DNA of 64,000 bases from Candidatus Micrarchaeota archaeon (GTDB lineage: Archaea > Micrarchaeota > Micrarchaeia > Anstonellales > Bilamarchaeaceae). This document shows positions 10,701-20,487 of this stretch, one piece after another. How positions within the stretch are numbered: position 1 is the stretch's first letter; every line of letters begins with the position of its first letter. Position numbers and translations under genes: made by a program. Below the pieces are notes generated by a model that was not told where the DNA came from, did not search any database, and was given only the letters and a program-made list of their open reading frames with translations. The DNA is taken from the NCBI GenBank assembly GCA_964590665.1, contig CAZPWA010000001.1:12483-76482 (forward strand). The letters run 5' to 3'.

Positions 10701-10826
10701 GGGACCATGGGCTAACCTGGTAGACTGAAGCCTTCGGGTAAACTTTTGGGAAAAGTTTAATCAAAAATTTTCTCTTTAATTGTTTAGGATCAGGCTTTGA
10801 TCTGAGTTCAAATCTCAGTGGTCCCA
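10701..10826 (+). tRNA. tRNA-Pro(CGG) with 53-nt intron at position 37/38 (intron 10739-10791)
   Basis: Acceptor stem GGGACCA/TGGTCCC+A; anticodon stem AAGCC/GGCTT with loop TT-CGG-G^A; T arm CTGAG-TTCAAAT-CTCAG; relaxed bulge-helix-bulge at junctions; no encoded CCA. Confidence 0.9.
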
Positions 10827-10860
10827 TCTCCTTTTTAATCTAATTGCAGTTATTCGTCTG

Positions 10861-11982
10861 ATGAAAATCGAAGAAGGCTCCATTTACTTATATTATCTAT
10901 TCGATATTGCAAATGAAATTCGACTGGAAAAAGTGGAAAAAGTTTTTGGAAAAAAGCCTGTCGAATCGAGTTTCACTTATAATCGAGTCACTCCAAAGCA
11001 GGTCTCTTATTCCCAAGCTCCTCTTTTGGTTAAATTGGGAAATCGCTCAAAAGAACTTGCTGGAAAAAAATATGATTACAAACTAAGTGCCAAAATATAT
11101 GATTTTGGCGCAATAAGCTTCCGACTTTCATTTCCTCTTGGCGGAGATTTTTCCACTTTGGTTTCGATAAGCGAACTTCTCAATGAAAATTCTGAGATTG
11201 AAAAAGATTTGAGAAAGGAGCTTGAAAAATTAAAGAGTGAACTTAAAGAATCCATCATCGCCCCTGCTCCCGAGCCTCTTTCCGAGGATTATCTTATTTT
11301 CCACATAAAAAAATCCGATGAAGCTTCTGTTTCATCGTTCTTTGAAAATAATCGTTCTTTATTTGCAAAAATCCTCCGCTCTGACTCTGGTCCTTTGAGC
11401 AATTCCCTGGTTTCTGATTCTTTGAAAAACTGCCTTTCTTATTTTTCTAGTGATTTGACTATTATTGATTGGAACTGCTGTATTATACTTGATGAGAATG
11501 ACGTTTCTGATGTTTTGGAAATAATTGAATTTGCAAATATTGAATTACTTGAACTTAGAAATTATGATTTATTTTTGGAAAAAGAATTGGTTGAAGTTTA
11601 TCAGTCCATCGATTCCCAAAATTCTCGGCCATGGTTTATTCCGACCATCTCCCCATTTTCCAATGTTTTGAAAAAACTTGAAAAAACCCGCTTGGATGTT
11701 TTGGAGCTTATTGAAAAAGTTGAAAATACTGTTAAGCTTTCTGGAGACCCGTATCTTGTTAAAATTTACCGAACATCTTCGGAGTGCTTTAGGATTAAGG
11801 AGTGGAAATCAAATGTTTCCTCCAAATTAGAAATTATGGAAGATTTTTACCAAACCTTCACTGACCGGCTTCAAAATGATCGGCTTCTTTTATTGGAATT
11901 TTTGATGCTTCTAATTTTTTTAGTTGAATTCATACTAATTATAATTTCTTTCATAAGCGGTGATGGTTCTGGAGTGCTCTAA
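10861..11982 (+). CDS. Uncharacterised protein, RMD1/DUF155-like, with C-terminal TM helix
   Basis: YLFDIANEIRL, IYDFGAIS, IIDWN, IEFANIELLELRNYD, GDPYLVKIY, LEF..LI C-terminal TM. Confidence 0.6.
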   Translation: MKIEEGSIYLYYLFDIANEIRLEKVEKVFGKKPVESSFTYNRVTPKQVSYSQAPLLVKLGNRSKELAGKKYDYKLSAKIYDFGAISFRLSFPLGGDFSTLVSISELLNENSEIEKDLRKELEKLKSELKESIIAPAPEPLSEDYLIFHIKKSDEASVSSFFENNRSLFAKILRSDSGPLSNSLVSDSLKNCLSYFSSDLTIIDWNCCIILDENDVSDVLEIIEFANIELLELRNYDLFLEKELVEVYQSIDSQNSRPWFIPTISPFSNVLKKLEKTRLDVLELIEKVENTVKLSGDPYLVKIYRTSSECFRIKEWKSNVSSKLEIMEDFYQTFTDRLQNDRLLLLEFLMLLIFLVEFILIIISFISGDGSGVL

Positions 11983-12907
11983 TTTGTCTCCAAAAACATT
12001 TCGTTTCAAAACCGGCACAAAACTTGCTCTTCCCTCCTGGATAAAAATTAAGTATTCCGAAAATGCTGATTTTCACAAAATTGCCCAACTTGGATCTGCC
12101 TTTTCTCTTCACTCGGTGTGTCAAAGTGCACACTGTCCTAATCGTTCTGAATGCTGGAGTCAAGGAACTGCAACATTTATGGTCATGGGGGAAATTTGCA
12201 CTCGCGGATGTCGCTTTTGTGCAATTAAAACTTCTCTAACTCCTCCTGCGCTTGATTCCAATGAGCCTGAAAACCTATCTCGCGCAATCAAATCTCTTAA
12301 TCTTAAATACGTTGTAATTACTAGTGTTGCCCGGGATGATCTTTCTGATGAGGGTTCTTTGCATATTGCACAGTGCATAAGGGCAATAAAGAAATATTGT
12401 CCTTCTCTTTTGGTTGAAGTTTTAGTTCCTGATTTTAAATCCAAATCCCACTTGATTCAAAATGTTGTTGATGCAAAGCCGGATGTGGTTTCTCATAATC
12501 TAGAAACTGTTTCTCGGCTTACGCCTCTGGTTCGTGATCAGAGGGCAAAATATTTTCAGTCCTTAGATGCCTTAAACCTTTATCGAAAACTTTCAAATGA
12601 AAAGATAATCACAAAATCCGGACTCATGGTTGGTTTTGGGGAAAAAGAATCTGAAATTGAGCAATCTATGTTCGATTTGCTTAATGTTGGTGTTGAGATT
12701 CTGACTATTGGCCAATATCTTTCTCCATCTAATTCCCCCCGACATCTTCCAGTTTCTGAATATGTTTCTCCGGATCAATTTAAAAAATATGAAAAAATGG
12801 CTTATGATTTAGGCTTCAAATATGTCGCATCCGGTCCTCTAGTTAGAAGTTCGTATAAGGCAGCTGAGCCATTTATTCAAAAAATTCTTGCCACTCGATC
12901 CAACTAG
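11960..12907 (+). CDS. lipA: Lipoyl synthase
   Basis: CX4CX5C (CQSAHCPNRSEC), radical SAM CTRGCRFC, HNLETV, RSSY. Confidence 0.96.
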   Translation: MMVLECSNLSPKTFRFKTGTKLALPSWIKIKYSENADFHKIAQLGSAFSLHSVCQSAHCPNRSECWSQGTATFMVMGEICTRGCRFCAIKTSLTPPALDSNEPENLSRAIKSLNLKYVVITSVARDDLSDEGSLHIAQCIRAIKKYCPSLLVEVLVPDFKSKSHLIQNVVDAKPDVVSHNLETVSRLTPLVRDQRAKYFQSLDALNLYRKLSNEKIITKSGLMVGFGEKESEIEQSMFDLLNVGVEILTIGQYLSPSNSPRHLPVSEYVSPDQFKKYEKMAYDLGFKYVASGPLVRSSYKAAEPFIQKILATRSN

Positions 12908-12946
12908 TCCATCTCATTTATATTTCTACTTTCAGTATCGCTACAT

Positions 12947-14011
12947 ATGCCAATAACCAAGGCCTTTGAGGGTAAAATTGATTATGTTCAAATTCTAGAT
13001 AAAGAGGGGAATATTGATCCTGATTTAGATCCCAAACTTGCCGATGAACTTCTCGATAAAATGTATCGCTTTTTGGTTTTAGCAAGAACTTGGGATAAAA
13101 AATGCCTTGCTCTTCAGAGAACTGGAAGAATGTATACTTATGCCCCTTTAGAGGGTCAGGAGGCAATTTGCGTGGGTGCTGCTCTTGCCCTTGCAAATGA
13201 TGATTGGGTTTTTCCAACTTATCGTGAAACCTTCCTTTATCATATTAGGGGCGCTCCTCTTTGGAAAGTCAATTTAGGTTGGATGGGTATGGAAGATGGC
13301 CTTAAATTAGATAAGTCTCTTCACTCGTTTCCCCTGGCTATTCCAATTGCAACGCAATATCCTCATTCTGTTGGTGCTGCATATGCTCTCAAATATAATA
13401 AAATAAAATCTGCCACCTTGGCTTTTGGCGGAGATGGCAGTACTAGCGAGGGGGATTTTCACGATGCCCTTAACTTTGCCGCAGTCCTAAATACTCCTTC
13501 TGTTTTTTTGGTTTCAAATAATGGTTTTGCAATTTCTGTTCCAAGAAAATGGCAAACAAAATCCGAAACCATCGCCCAAAAATCCCTTGCCTATGGAATC
13601 AGGGGAGTTCAGATTGATGGAAATGATATTCTTTGTGTTTATTCAACAGTAAAAAAAGCATTGGAGATGGCAAGAGAGGGCAAAGGCCAAATGCTTATCG
13701 AAGCAATAACCTATCGGATGGGCCCCCACACAACTGCTGATGATCCAAAAAAATATCGCTCTGAAGAGGAAGTTGCCTACTGGAAAGACCGCGATCCAAT
13801 CAAACGTTTCCAACTATATTTGAAACAAAAAGGTTTGTGGAGTCGAGAATATGAGCAGCGGGTTTTAGATGAATCTTCAAAAATTGTTGAAGATGCTGTT
13901 GCAAAAGCTGAAGAATATTCTCCTGATCCAAAAGAAATCTTCAAACATGTTTTTGCCAACTTGACTCCCGATTTAGAGGAGCAGATGCAAGAGTGTTTTG
14001 AAAAAAGGTGA
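12947..14011 (+). CDS. pdhA: 2-oxoacid (pyruvate/branched-chain) dehydrogenase E1 alpha
   Basis: GQEA, PTYRE, TPP motif GDGSTSEGDFH...NN, YRMGPHTTADDP. Confidence 0.93.
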   Translation: MPITKAFEGKIDYVQILDKEGNIDPDLDPKLADELLDKMYRFLVLARTWDKKCLALQRTGRMYTYAPLEGQEAICVGAALALANDDWVFPTYRETFLYHIRGAPLWKVNLGWMGMEDGLKLDKSLHSFPLAIPIATQYPHSVGAAYALKYNKIKSATLAFGGDGSTSEGDFHDALNFAAVLNTPSVFLVSNNGFAISVPRKWQTKSETIAQKSLAYGIRGVQIDGNDILCVYSTVKKALEMAREGKGQMLIEAITYRMGPHTTADDPKKYRSEEEVAYWKDRDPIKRFQLYLKQKGLWSREYEQRVLDESSKIVEDAVAKAEEYSPDPKEIFKHVFANLTPDLEEQMQECFEKR

Positions 14012-14017
14012 CTGTTT

Positions 14018-14992
14018 ATGCGCATTAACATGGTTGAAGCGATCAATTCTGCACTCATGCAGGAAATGGAGCGCGACAAATCGATTGTAGTTATGGGTGA
14101 AGATGTAGGGGTTGATGGCGGAGTTTTTCGTGTCACCGATGGCTTATATTCTAAATTTGGGCGAGATCGTGTAATCGATTCTCCTTTATCTGAATCCGGA
14201 ATTATTGGCGTTGCAACTGGAATGGCTGCTTTGGGTTTAAGACCTGTTGCAGAAATCCAGTTCCAGGGTTTTGAGTATGTGGCATATCATCATTTTAATC
14301 AGCATATGGCAAGACTAAGAAATCGAACTAGAAGTTCCATAACCGTTCCAATGGTCGTTCGCCTCCCTTATAGTGGAGGAATCAAAGCACTTGAGCACCA
14401 CAGCGAATCCCTTGAATCGATCTATATTCATGTTCCTGGTCTAAAAGTAGTCGCTCCTTCTTCTCCGTATGAGGCAAAGGGATTACTTGCCTCAGCCTTA
14501 ATTGATGCAGATTCTGTTTTGTATTTTGAGCCAAAACGACTCTATCGTGCATTTAAGGAAGATGTTCCTGATGAGCGCTATGAAATTCCTCTTGGAAAAG
14601 CAAATGTTCTTATTGAGGGAAATGATGTTACTCTAGTTTCCTGGGGCGCTTACACTCATGTTTGCAAGGAAGTTATTGCTGATGCTCAAAAACAGGGTGT
14701 TTCAGTTGAGCACATAGACTTGAGGACCCTTTCCCCCTGTGATTGGGAAACTATTATTAAATCTGTTCAAAAAACCGGTCGTTGTGTAGTGGTTCATGAG
14801 GCAACAAAAACATTGGGCTTTGGGGCTGAAATATCTGCTCGGATTATGGAAAAAGCATTTTTGCATTTAGAAGCTCCCGTTAAGCGAATCACTGCATGGG
14901 ACATAACTATTCCATATCCAAAACTAGAAGACTACTACTTCCCTGATAAAAAACGAATATTGAATGGAATTTTGGAGACTGCGAGGTTTTAA
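14018..14992 (+). CDS. pdhB: 2-oxoacid dehydrogenase E1 beta
   Basis: GEDVG..GGVFRVTDGL, DSPLSESGI, EIQF, EHHSES. Confidence 0.93.
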   Translation: MRINMVEAINSALMQEMERDKSIVVMGEDVGVDGGVFRVTDGLYSKFGRDRVIDSPLSESGIIGVATGMAALGLRPVAEIQFQGFEYVAYHHFNQHMARLRNRTRSSITVPMVVRLPYSGGIKALEHHSESLESIYIHVPGLKVVAPSSPYEAKGLLASALIDADSVLYFEPKRLYRAFKEDVPDERYEIPLGKANVLIEGNDVTLVSWGAYTHVCKEVIADAQKQGVSVEHIDLRTLSPCDWETIIKSVQKTGRCVVVHEATKTLGFGAEISARIMEKAFLHLEAPVKRITAWDITIPYPKLEDYYFPDKKRILNGILETARF

Positions 14993-14995
14993 TTT

Positions 14996-16237
14996 ATGCC
15001 AAAAGATTTTATTTTTCCTGATGTAGGCGAAGGAATTCACGAAGGCAAAATTGTCAAATGGCACGCTAAAGTCGGCGATTTTGTCAAAGCAGATTCAACC
15101 ATTGTTGAAGTTGAAACCGATAAGGCAATCGTTGAACTTCCTTCTCCTGCAACTGGTACTGTTTTAAAAATTAATCATTCTGCAGGAGAAACTGTCAAAG
15201 TTGGTGAAGTTTTGGTTGTTATTGGCTCAAAAGATGAATCTCTTCAATCTGATTTAAAATCCGATTCTCAAGTCTCTCAAACTGTTCTCCCTAAACCTGA
15301 TCTGTCGTCGATTGCTACTATCGCCTCCTCTGGTCCCACTCTTTTAGTTCTTGCAACTCCTTCGACAAGAAAGCTTGCAAGGGATCTTGGGATTGATCTT
15401 ACCAAAATTAAGGGAAGCGGTCCAAATGGAAGAATAATTCCCGATGATCTTAAGCAGGCCCCTGGGCACACAATTTCTTCTGTTTCTTCTCAAAATTCTG
15501 ATTCTCTAAAAATGCCCATTTCCCAGCTCAATATTGCTGATCAAAGAATTCCTCTTAGTGGAATTAGAAAAGTTATTTCTGATCGTATGCTCTATTCCAA
15601 AACCCATATTCCTCACGCTTGCGGAATGGATTTCATAGATGTAACTAAACTTGTTCAATTAAGGGAATCTGAGAAAAAAACTCTTGAAGAAAAAGGAATA
15701 AAACTAACGTACCTGCCTTTTGTAATTAAATCCTGTGCGTTGGTTTTGAGAAAATTTCCTTATCTCAATTCAAATTTTGATGATTCAAAGAATGAAATTA
15801 TTCTTAAATCTTCAATAAACATCGGAATTGCTGTTGATACTGCTGAAGGCCTGATGGTTCCAACTATTAAAAATGCTGATCAAAAATCAGTTGTTCAAAT
15901 TGCAAAAGAAATCGAATCTCTTGCTTCTTTGGCAAAAGAGCGCAAACTAAAACTTGAGGATATGAAAGATGGTACTTTCACAATAACCAACATCGGAAGC
16001 GTTGGTGGATTTTTTTCAACTCCAATAATTAATCCTCCTGAAGTTGGGATTTTGGGAGTTCATAGGATAAAAGATATGGCCCTTGTAATTGATGGAAAAG
16101 TTGAAGCAAGGAAAGTTTTGGGCCTTTCTCTCTGTTTTGATCATAGGGTTATTGACGGCGCCATGGCAACTTTGTTCATGAATGCAGTTAAGGAATATTT
16201 GGAAGATCCAAACCTAATGCTCCTTAGTATGATTTAG
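14996..16237 (+). CDS. pdhC: 2-oxoacid dehydrogenase E2 (dihydrolipoamide acyltransferase), single lipoyl domain
   Basis: Lipoyl motif VETDKA, E3-binding domain GSGPNGRI, catalytic FDHRVIDG. Confidence 0.93.
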   Translation: MPKDFIFPDVGEGIHEGKIVKWHAKVGDFVKADSTIVEVETDKAIVELPSPATGTVLKINHSAGETVKVGEVLVVIGSKDESLQSDLKSDSQVSQTVLPKPDLSSIATIASSGPTLLVLATPSTRKLARDLGIDLTKIKGSGPNGRIIPDDLKQAPGHTISSVSSQNSDSLKMPISQLNIADQRIPLSGIRKVISDRMLYSKTHIPHACGMDFIDVTKLVQLRESEKKTLEEKGIKLTYLPFVIKSCALVLRKFPYLNSNFDDSKNEIILKSSINIGIAVDTAEGLMVPTIKNADQKSVVQIAKEIESLASLAKERKLKLEDMKDGTFTITNIGSVGGFFSTPIINPPEVGILGVHRIKDMALVIDGKVEARKVLGLSLCFDHRVIDGAMATLFMNAVKEYLEDPNLMLLSMI

Positions 16238-16245
16238 GTGTTCTT

Positions 16246-17658
16246 ATGGTAATGGGTCAACTTTCAACTGAAACTGATGTGGCGATAATTGGTGCTGGGC
16301 CAGGCGGATACACTGCAGCAATCCGAGCCTCTCAACTGGGTTTAGAAGTCGTTCTTATTGAAAAAGACAAATTAGGCGGAACTTGCACCAATGTTGGTTG
16401 CATCCCTGCAAAATCTTTGATTCATGTTGCAGATGTAAAGCATGCAAGTGAATCAAATTCATCCAAAGAAATCGGTGTGTCGTGCACTGTTGATTTTGAT
16501 TTGGAAAAAGCACAAAAGTGGAAAGATGGTGTGGTTTCTTCATTGGTTGGCGGAATTGAAAATCTGTGCAAATTCCGGGGAATCGAAGTCATAAAAGGAC
16601 GCGCGTTTTTCAACTCATCAACTTCTATTTCCGTTGAAACTGAAAGTGGACTTAGGACCATCAATTTCAAGAAAGCTATCATTGCAACTGGTACAAAGAT
16701 ACGAAACCATCCAAAAATACAAACTGATCATAAAAAAATCCTAAATTCAACCGATGTTTTTTCTGTTACAAAAGTTCCAAAAAATCTCATTGTGATTGGC
16801 GGAGGATACATTGGAGTTGAAATGTCCAATATGTTCATGAAATTTGGATCGAGCGTTTCCATTGTCCACCGCGGAGACAAACTTCTTAAAAATCTGGAGC
16901 CTGAAATAACTCAAATTCTTAATTCAAAAATGCAATCCTACGGAACAAAAATCTATTTTAAAAGTGAAGTTGAGCAGATTGATGGAAACAAGGCTCTAAT
17001 CAAAGGAGATGGAATTGAAAAATGGGTTCCATTTGACAATATAATTCTTGCAATTGGAAGAGATCCTAATCTGGATGGCTTGAATCTGGAAAAAACAAAA
17101 GTTCAAGTCAATTCTGAGGGTTTAATTCCTGTCTCTTCAAGCATGCAAACTGCTGATGAAAATATCTACGCAATTGGAGATGTCACTCCAGGCCCTCAAC
17201 TTGCCCATAAGGCGTTTAGGGAAGGCAAAATTGCCGCTGAATCCATTGCCGGTCTAAAGAGTGCCTTTGATAATTTAGCAATGCCGATGGTTGTTTTTTC
17301 TGATCCTGAAATTGCAACCGTTGGGTTAACTGAGGCAGAAGCTATTTCAAAAGGCCACAAGGTCAAAATTGGAAAAATGCCTTTTAGTGCAATCGGAAAA
17401 GCAAAAGCAATGAACAATACTGAAGGTTTTGTCAAAGTTGTTGCAAATGAGCAGGGTACTGTTTTGGGCGTCCATATAGTTGGAATTACTGCAGGAAGCT
17501 TAATTGGCGAGGGGGCATTAGCTGTTGAAAATTGTCTGAATCTTGAAGATTTGGCCCTCACAATTCATCCGCATCCAACGTTGCCTGAAGCTTTAGGTGA
17601 AGCTGCTGAGGATGCTCTTGGTACAGTGATTCATCTTTATCGAAATAAAAAATCCTAA
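16246..17658 (+). CDS. lpdA: Dihydrolipoyl dehydrogenase E3
   Basis: GAGPGGY, GGTCTNVGCIP, HPHPTLPE. Confidence 0.95.
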   Translation: MVMGQLSTETDVAIIGAGPGGYTAAIRASQLGLEVVLIEKDKLGGTCTNVGCIPAKSLIHVADVKHASESNSSKEIGVSCTVDFDLEKAQKWKDGVVSSLVGGIENLCKFRGIEVIKGRAFFNSSTSISVETESGLRTINFKKAIIATGTKIRNHPKIQTDHKKILNSTDVFSVTKVPKNLIVIGGGYIGVEMSNMFMKFGSSVSIVHRGDKLLKNLEPEITQILNSKMQSYGTKIYFKSEVEQIDGNKALIKGDGIEKWVPFDNIILAIGRDPNLDGLNLEKTKVQVNSEGLIPVSSSMQTADENIYAIGDVTPGPQLAHKAFREGKIAAESIAGLKSAFDNLAMPMVVFSDPEIATVGLTEAEAISKGHKVKIGKMPFSAIGKAKAMNNTEGFVKVVANEQGTVLGVHIVGITAGSLIGEGALAVENCLNLEDLALTIHPHPTLPEALGEAAEDALGTVIHLYRNKKS

Positions 17659-17733
17659 TTTTTCTTTTATTTTTTGCGGATTTTCGCTATCTCAAATATG
17701 TAAATTGAATGTTATTATTAACTATGAAAAAAA

Positions 17734-18111
17734 TTAGTTTTCGCTATATGCGCATCCTGACTTTTGGGCAAGATCCTGTGGTTTCAATTCTCCTGATGCC
17801 CTAACTCCATTTGGAAATTCCCATGTTGGATATCCATCTATTCCAGCATCCTTACAAACCTGAAGCTGTCCCTTTCCATCTGGCGTTGAACATTCCACAT
17901 ACTGAATTTTTGAAAATGAATTTCCAAACATCTTTTTCTGCTCATTGCAGTGTGGACACCAAAACGCACCATACATCTTGACTCCCTTTGCGCCAAGACA
18001 TGTGGCTAATTCATCCATTTTCTTTTGATTAGGGGTGCTTGTTGATAAAAGCAAATACCCCACGATCAAGATTCCTATTCCTAAAACAAGATACAAATGT
18101 AAATTTTTCAT
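17734..18111 (-). CDS. Membrane-anchored thioredoxin-fold protein (VKOR-associated Trx-like)
   Basis: N-terminal TM, MYGAFWCPHC..QK..FG, YVEC, GYPTW. Confidence 0.85.
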   Translation of the reverse strand: MKNLHLYLVLGIGILIVGYLLLSTSTPNQKKMDELATCLGAKGVKMYGAFWCPHCNEQKKMFGNSFSKIQYVECSTPDGKGQLQVCKDAGIDGYPTWEFPNGVRASGELKPQDLAQKSGCAYSEN

Positions 18112-18123
18112 CGTTTTCTCCCC

Positions 18124-19161
18124 TTAAGGTTCAATTACAACCTTCATTCCCTCTCTTTTATTTAGGATTTCAAATCCTTTTTCTATTTCTGATAATTTAA
18201 ATTTATGTGTGACTAGTTTTTCGAGTTTTATCTTTCCGCTATTTACAAATGAACTGGTTTTGTACCAAGTGTCAAACATTTTTCGACCGTTTATGCCGTT
18301 AAGTTTTATCCCCTTAAAAACAATATTTGTTGTGACATCTATTTCAAATGGCTTTGAAAAGACTCCTAAAATCGATGCTCTTCCGCCTGCTCTTAATGTG
18401 TCAAGTCCCATATTAAATGCATCTGGGCTTCCCGCCATTTCAAGAAATACATCCGCTCCTTTACCCTCTGTTTCATCCATGATGGTTTTTTTAGCGTCTT
18501 TTTCTTCTTCTGTATTGACAATCACATCTGCTCCAAATTCTTTTGCGAATTTGAGTCTTTGCTTGTGTCTATCAACTGCAATTATTTTTTCTGCACCTGC
18601 AACTTTACAAAGTCCAACTGCACATATTCCTATTGGCCCCATTCCAAAAATAGTCACGGTTTTTCCCGCAATTTCTCCATCAAATACTGTGTGTACTGCA
18701 TTGCCCAGTGGTTCCTGTGCTGTTGCAACCCAATGTGGAATTTTTTTGCTGTTTTTCCATGCGTTTCTTGCTGGAAGCTTTACATATTCGGCAAATGTTC
18801 CATTTGTGTCAACGCCCAAGATCTTCACATTTTCGCAGATGTGCTCATTTCCTGTTTTACATTGAAAACAGTGCCCGCAGGAAATATGTGTTTCTGCTGA
18901 AACATGGTCTCCTTCGGCCAATCCCTTTACTCCCTTCCCTAATTCTACAACTTCTCCAGACATTTCATGTCCAAAAATGTAAGGAATGTTTTTTCCGATT
19001 CTTTTTTGGGCCCACTGGTCCCAGTTATATATGTGCAAATCCGTTCCGCATATTGAAGTCGCTTTGACTTTTACCAAAACTTCATCGTCTCCTATTTTTG
19101 GCATCTGTGCTTCTTTAATTTCAAGTCCAACTTGAGGTTTTGTTTTCCATACTGCCTTCAT
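18124..19161 (-). CDS. tdh: L-threonine 3-dehydrogenase
   Basis: SICGTDLHIYNWDQWAQ, GHEMSG, VSAETHI.CG.C..C, GINGRKMFDTW. Confidence 0.93.
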   Translation of the reverse strand: MKAVWKTKPQVGLEIKEAQMPKIGDDEVLVKVKATSICGTDLHIYNWDQWAQKRIGKNIPYIFGHEMSGEVVELGKGVKGLAEGDHVSAETHISCGHCFQCKTGNEHICENVKILGVDTNGTFAEYVKLPARNAWKNSKKIPHWVATAQEPLGNAVHTVFDGEIAGKTVTIFGMGPIGICAVGLCKVAGAEKIIAVDRHKQRLKFAKEFGADVIVNTEEEKDAKKTIMDETEGKGADVFLEMAGSPDAFNMGLDTLRAGGRASILGVFSKPFEIDVTTNIVFKGIKLNGINGRKMFDTWYKTSSFVNSGKIKLEKLVTHKFKLSEIEKGFEILNKREGMKVVIEP

Positions 19162-19293
19162 AAGAATCAATATTCTTGCTTCTTCCTTATTTATAAAACG
19201 TCTCTTTTCTCTTCTCATGTGTTCGCTTTTTGGCGAATTTCCGCATTATGCTTTTTTATTCTTACTTATCTTCACTTATCTTAAGGTGTTTTT

Positions 19294-20481
19294 ATGAATC
19301 AAACTCTTGAGTCTGATCTAAAAAGCGAACTTGACTCTCTGGAATCTTCGAATCTTTTGTGGAACCCAAAAACTCTTGGCGGCCCAAACTGCGCTCGCGC
19401 TACTGTTGATGGAAAAAACGTTGTGATGCTTTGCTCCAACAACTACCTGGGTCTTTCAAATCACCGTCTTCTAAAAAAGGCTGCTCTTGATGCTACAAAA
19501 AAATACGGAGTTGGTAGTGGTTCTGTTCGTGCAATTGCCGGAACAATGGATTTACATGTGGACCTTGAAAAGCTTATTGCAAAATTCAAACACACTGAAG
19601 ATGCGATCTATTATAATTCGGGCTTTACCGCAAATAGCGGTGCACTCCCCGCTCTTCTTCGAGAAGGAGACGTTGTAATTTCTGATGAACTAAATCACGG
19701 CTCAATAATTGATGGTCTTCGTTTAACTAAAGCGACTAGATACGTTTATTCTCACAACGATATGGATTCTCTTGAAAAGAAACTTCAGGAAGCAAGATCT
19801 CAAAATCCAAAGCGCATCATGATTGTTAGTGATGGTGTCTTCTCAATGGATGGCGACATTGCCCCCTTAAAAGAAATTGTTGATCTTGCCTACAAATATG
19901 ATGCAGTCACCTATGTTGATGATGCTCATGGGGATGGAGTTTTGGGTGAAAATGGCCGTGGAATTGTAAATCACTTTAAATTAGAAGGAAAAGTGGATTT
20001 TGAAATGGGTACTTTTTCAAAAGCCTTTGGGACAATGGGCGGACTTATTGCAACTTCTTCAATTGCAAAAAAATATCTTCTCAATAAATCGCGAACTTGG
20101 CTCTTAACTGGCTCTCATGGACCTGCAACTGTTGCCGCTTCAATTGCTTCATTGTCTCTTTTGGAAAAAGATGATAAATTAGTCAAAAAGCTTTGGAAAA
20201 ATACCAAATACTATAAGAAAAAACTTTCCTCATTAGGCTTTGATTTAGGAAAAAGCGAAACCCCAATTACTCCTATCATGACATATGATTCTGCAAAAGC
20301 CCAGCAAATGAGCAAGCGTCTCTTTGAAGAAGGCGTTTATGCTCTTCCGATTGTCTTTCCCATGGTCGCAAAGGATAAGGCGAGAATCCGCACAATGATT
20401 ACTGCCGAACACAAGAAGGAAGATTTGGATTTTGCAATTGAAAAAATAGAAAAAATTGGAAAAGAATTATCCCTAATTTAA
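19294..20481 (+). CDS. kbl: Glycine C-acetyltransferase (2-amino-3-ketobutyrate CoA ligase)
   Basis: SNNYLGL, SDELNHGSIIDG, DGVFSMDGD, DDAHG, GTFSKAFG; adjacent to tdh. Confidence 0.9.
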   Translation: MNQTLESDLKSELDSLESSNLLWNPKTLGGPNCARATVDGKNVVMLCSNNYLGLSNHRLLKKAALDATKKYGVGSGSVRAIAGTMDLHVDLEKLIAKFKHTEDAIYYNSGFTANSGALPALLREGDVVISDELNHGSIIDGLRLTKATRYVYSHNDMDSLEKKLQEARSQNPKRIMIVSDGVFSMDGDIAPLKEIVDLAYKYDAVTYVDDAHGDGVLGENGRGIVNHFKLEGKVDFEMGTFSKAFGTMGGLIATSSIAKKYLLNKSRTWLLTGSHGPATVAASIASLSLLEKDDKLVKKLWKNTKYYKKKLSSLGFDLGKSETPITPIMTYDSAKAQQMSKRLFEEGVYALPIVFPMVAKDKARIRTMITAEHKKEDLDFAIEKIEKIGKELSLI

Positions 20482-20487
20482 TTTTTT

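Noticed and set aside
10213..10826. mgtC divergent from tRNA-Pro, recalling proline-tRNA control of Salmonella mgtC
   Set aside because: Only 35 bp separate them, with no leader or Pro-rich uORF; probably just back-to-back promoters.
18209..18865. Long antisense ORFs (also 29159-29674, 33350-33883 and many others in the track)
   Set aside because: They mirror well-supported genes on the opposite strand and lack motifs.
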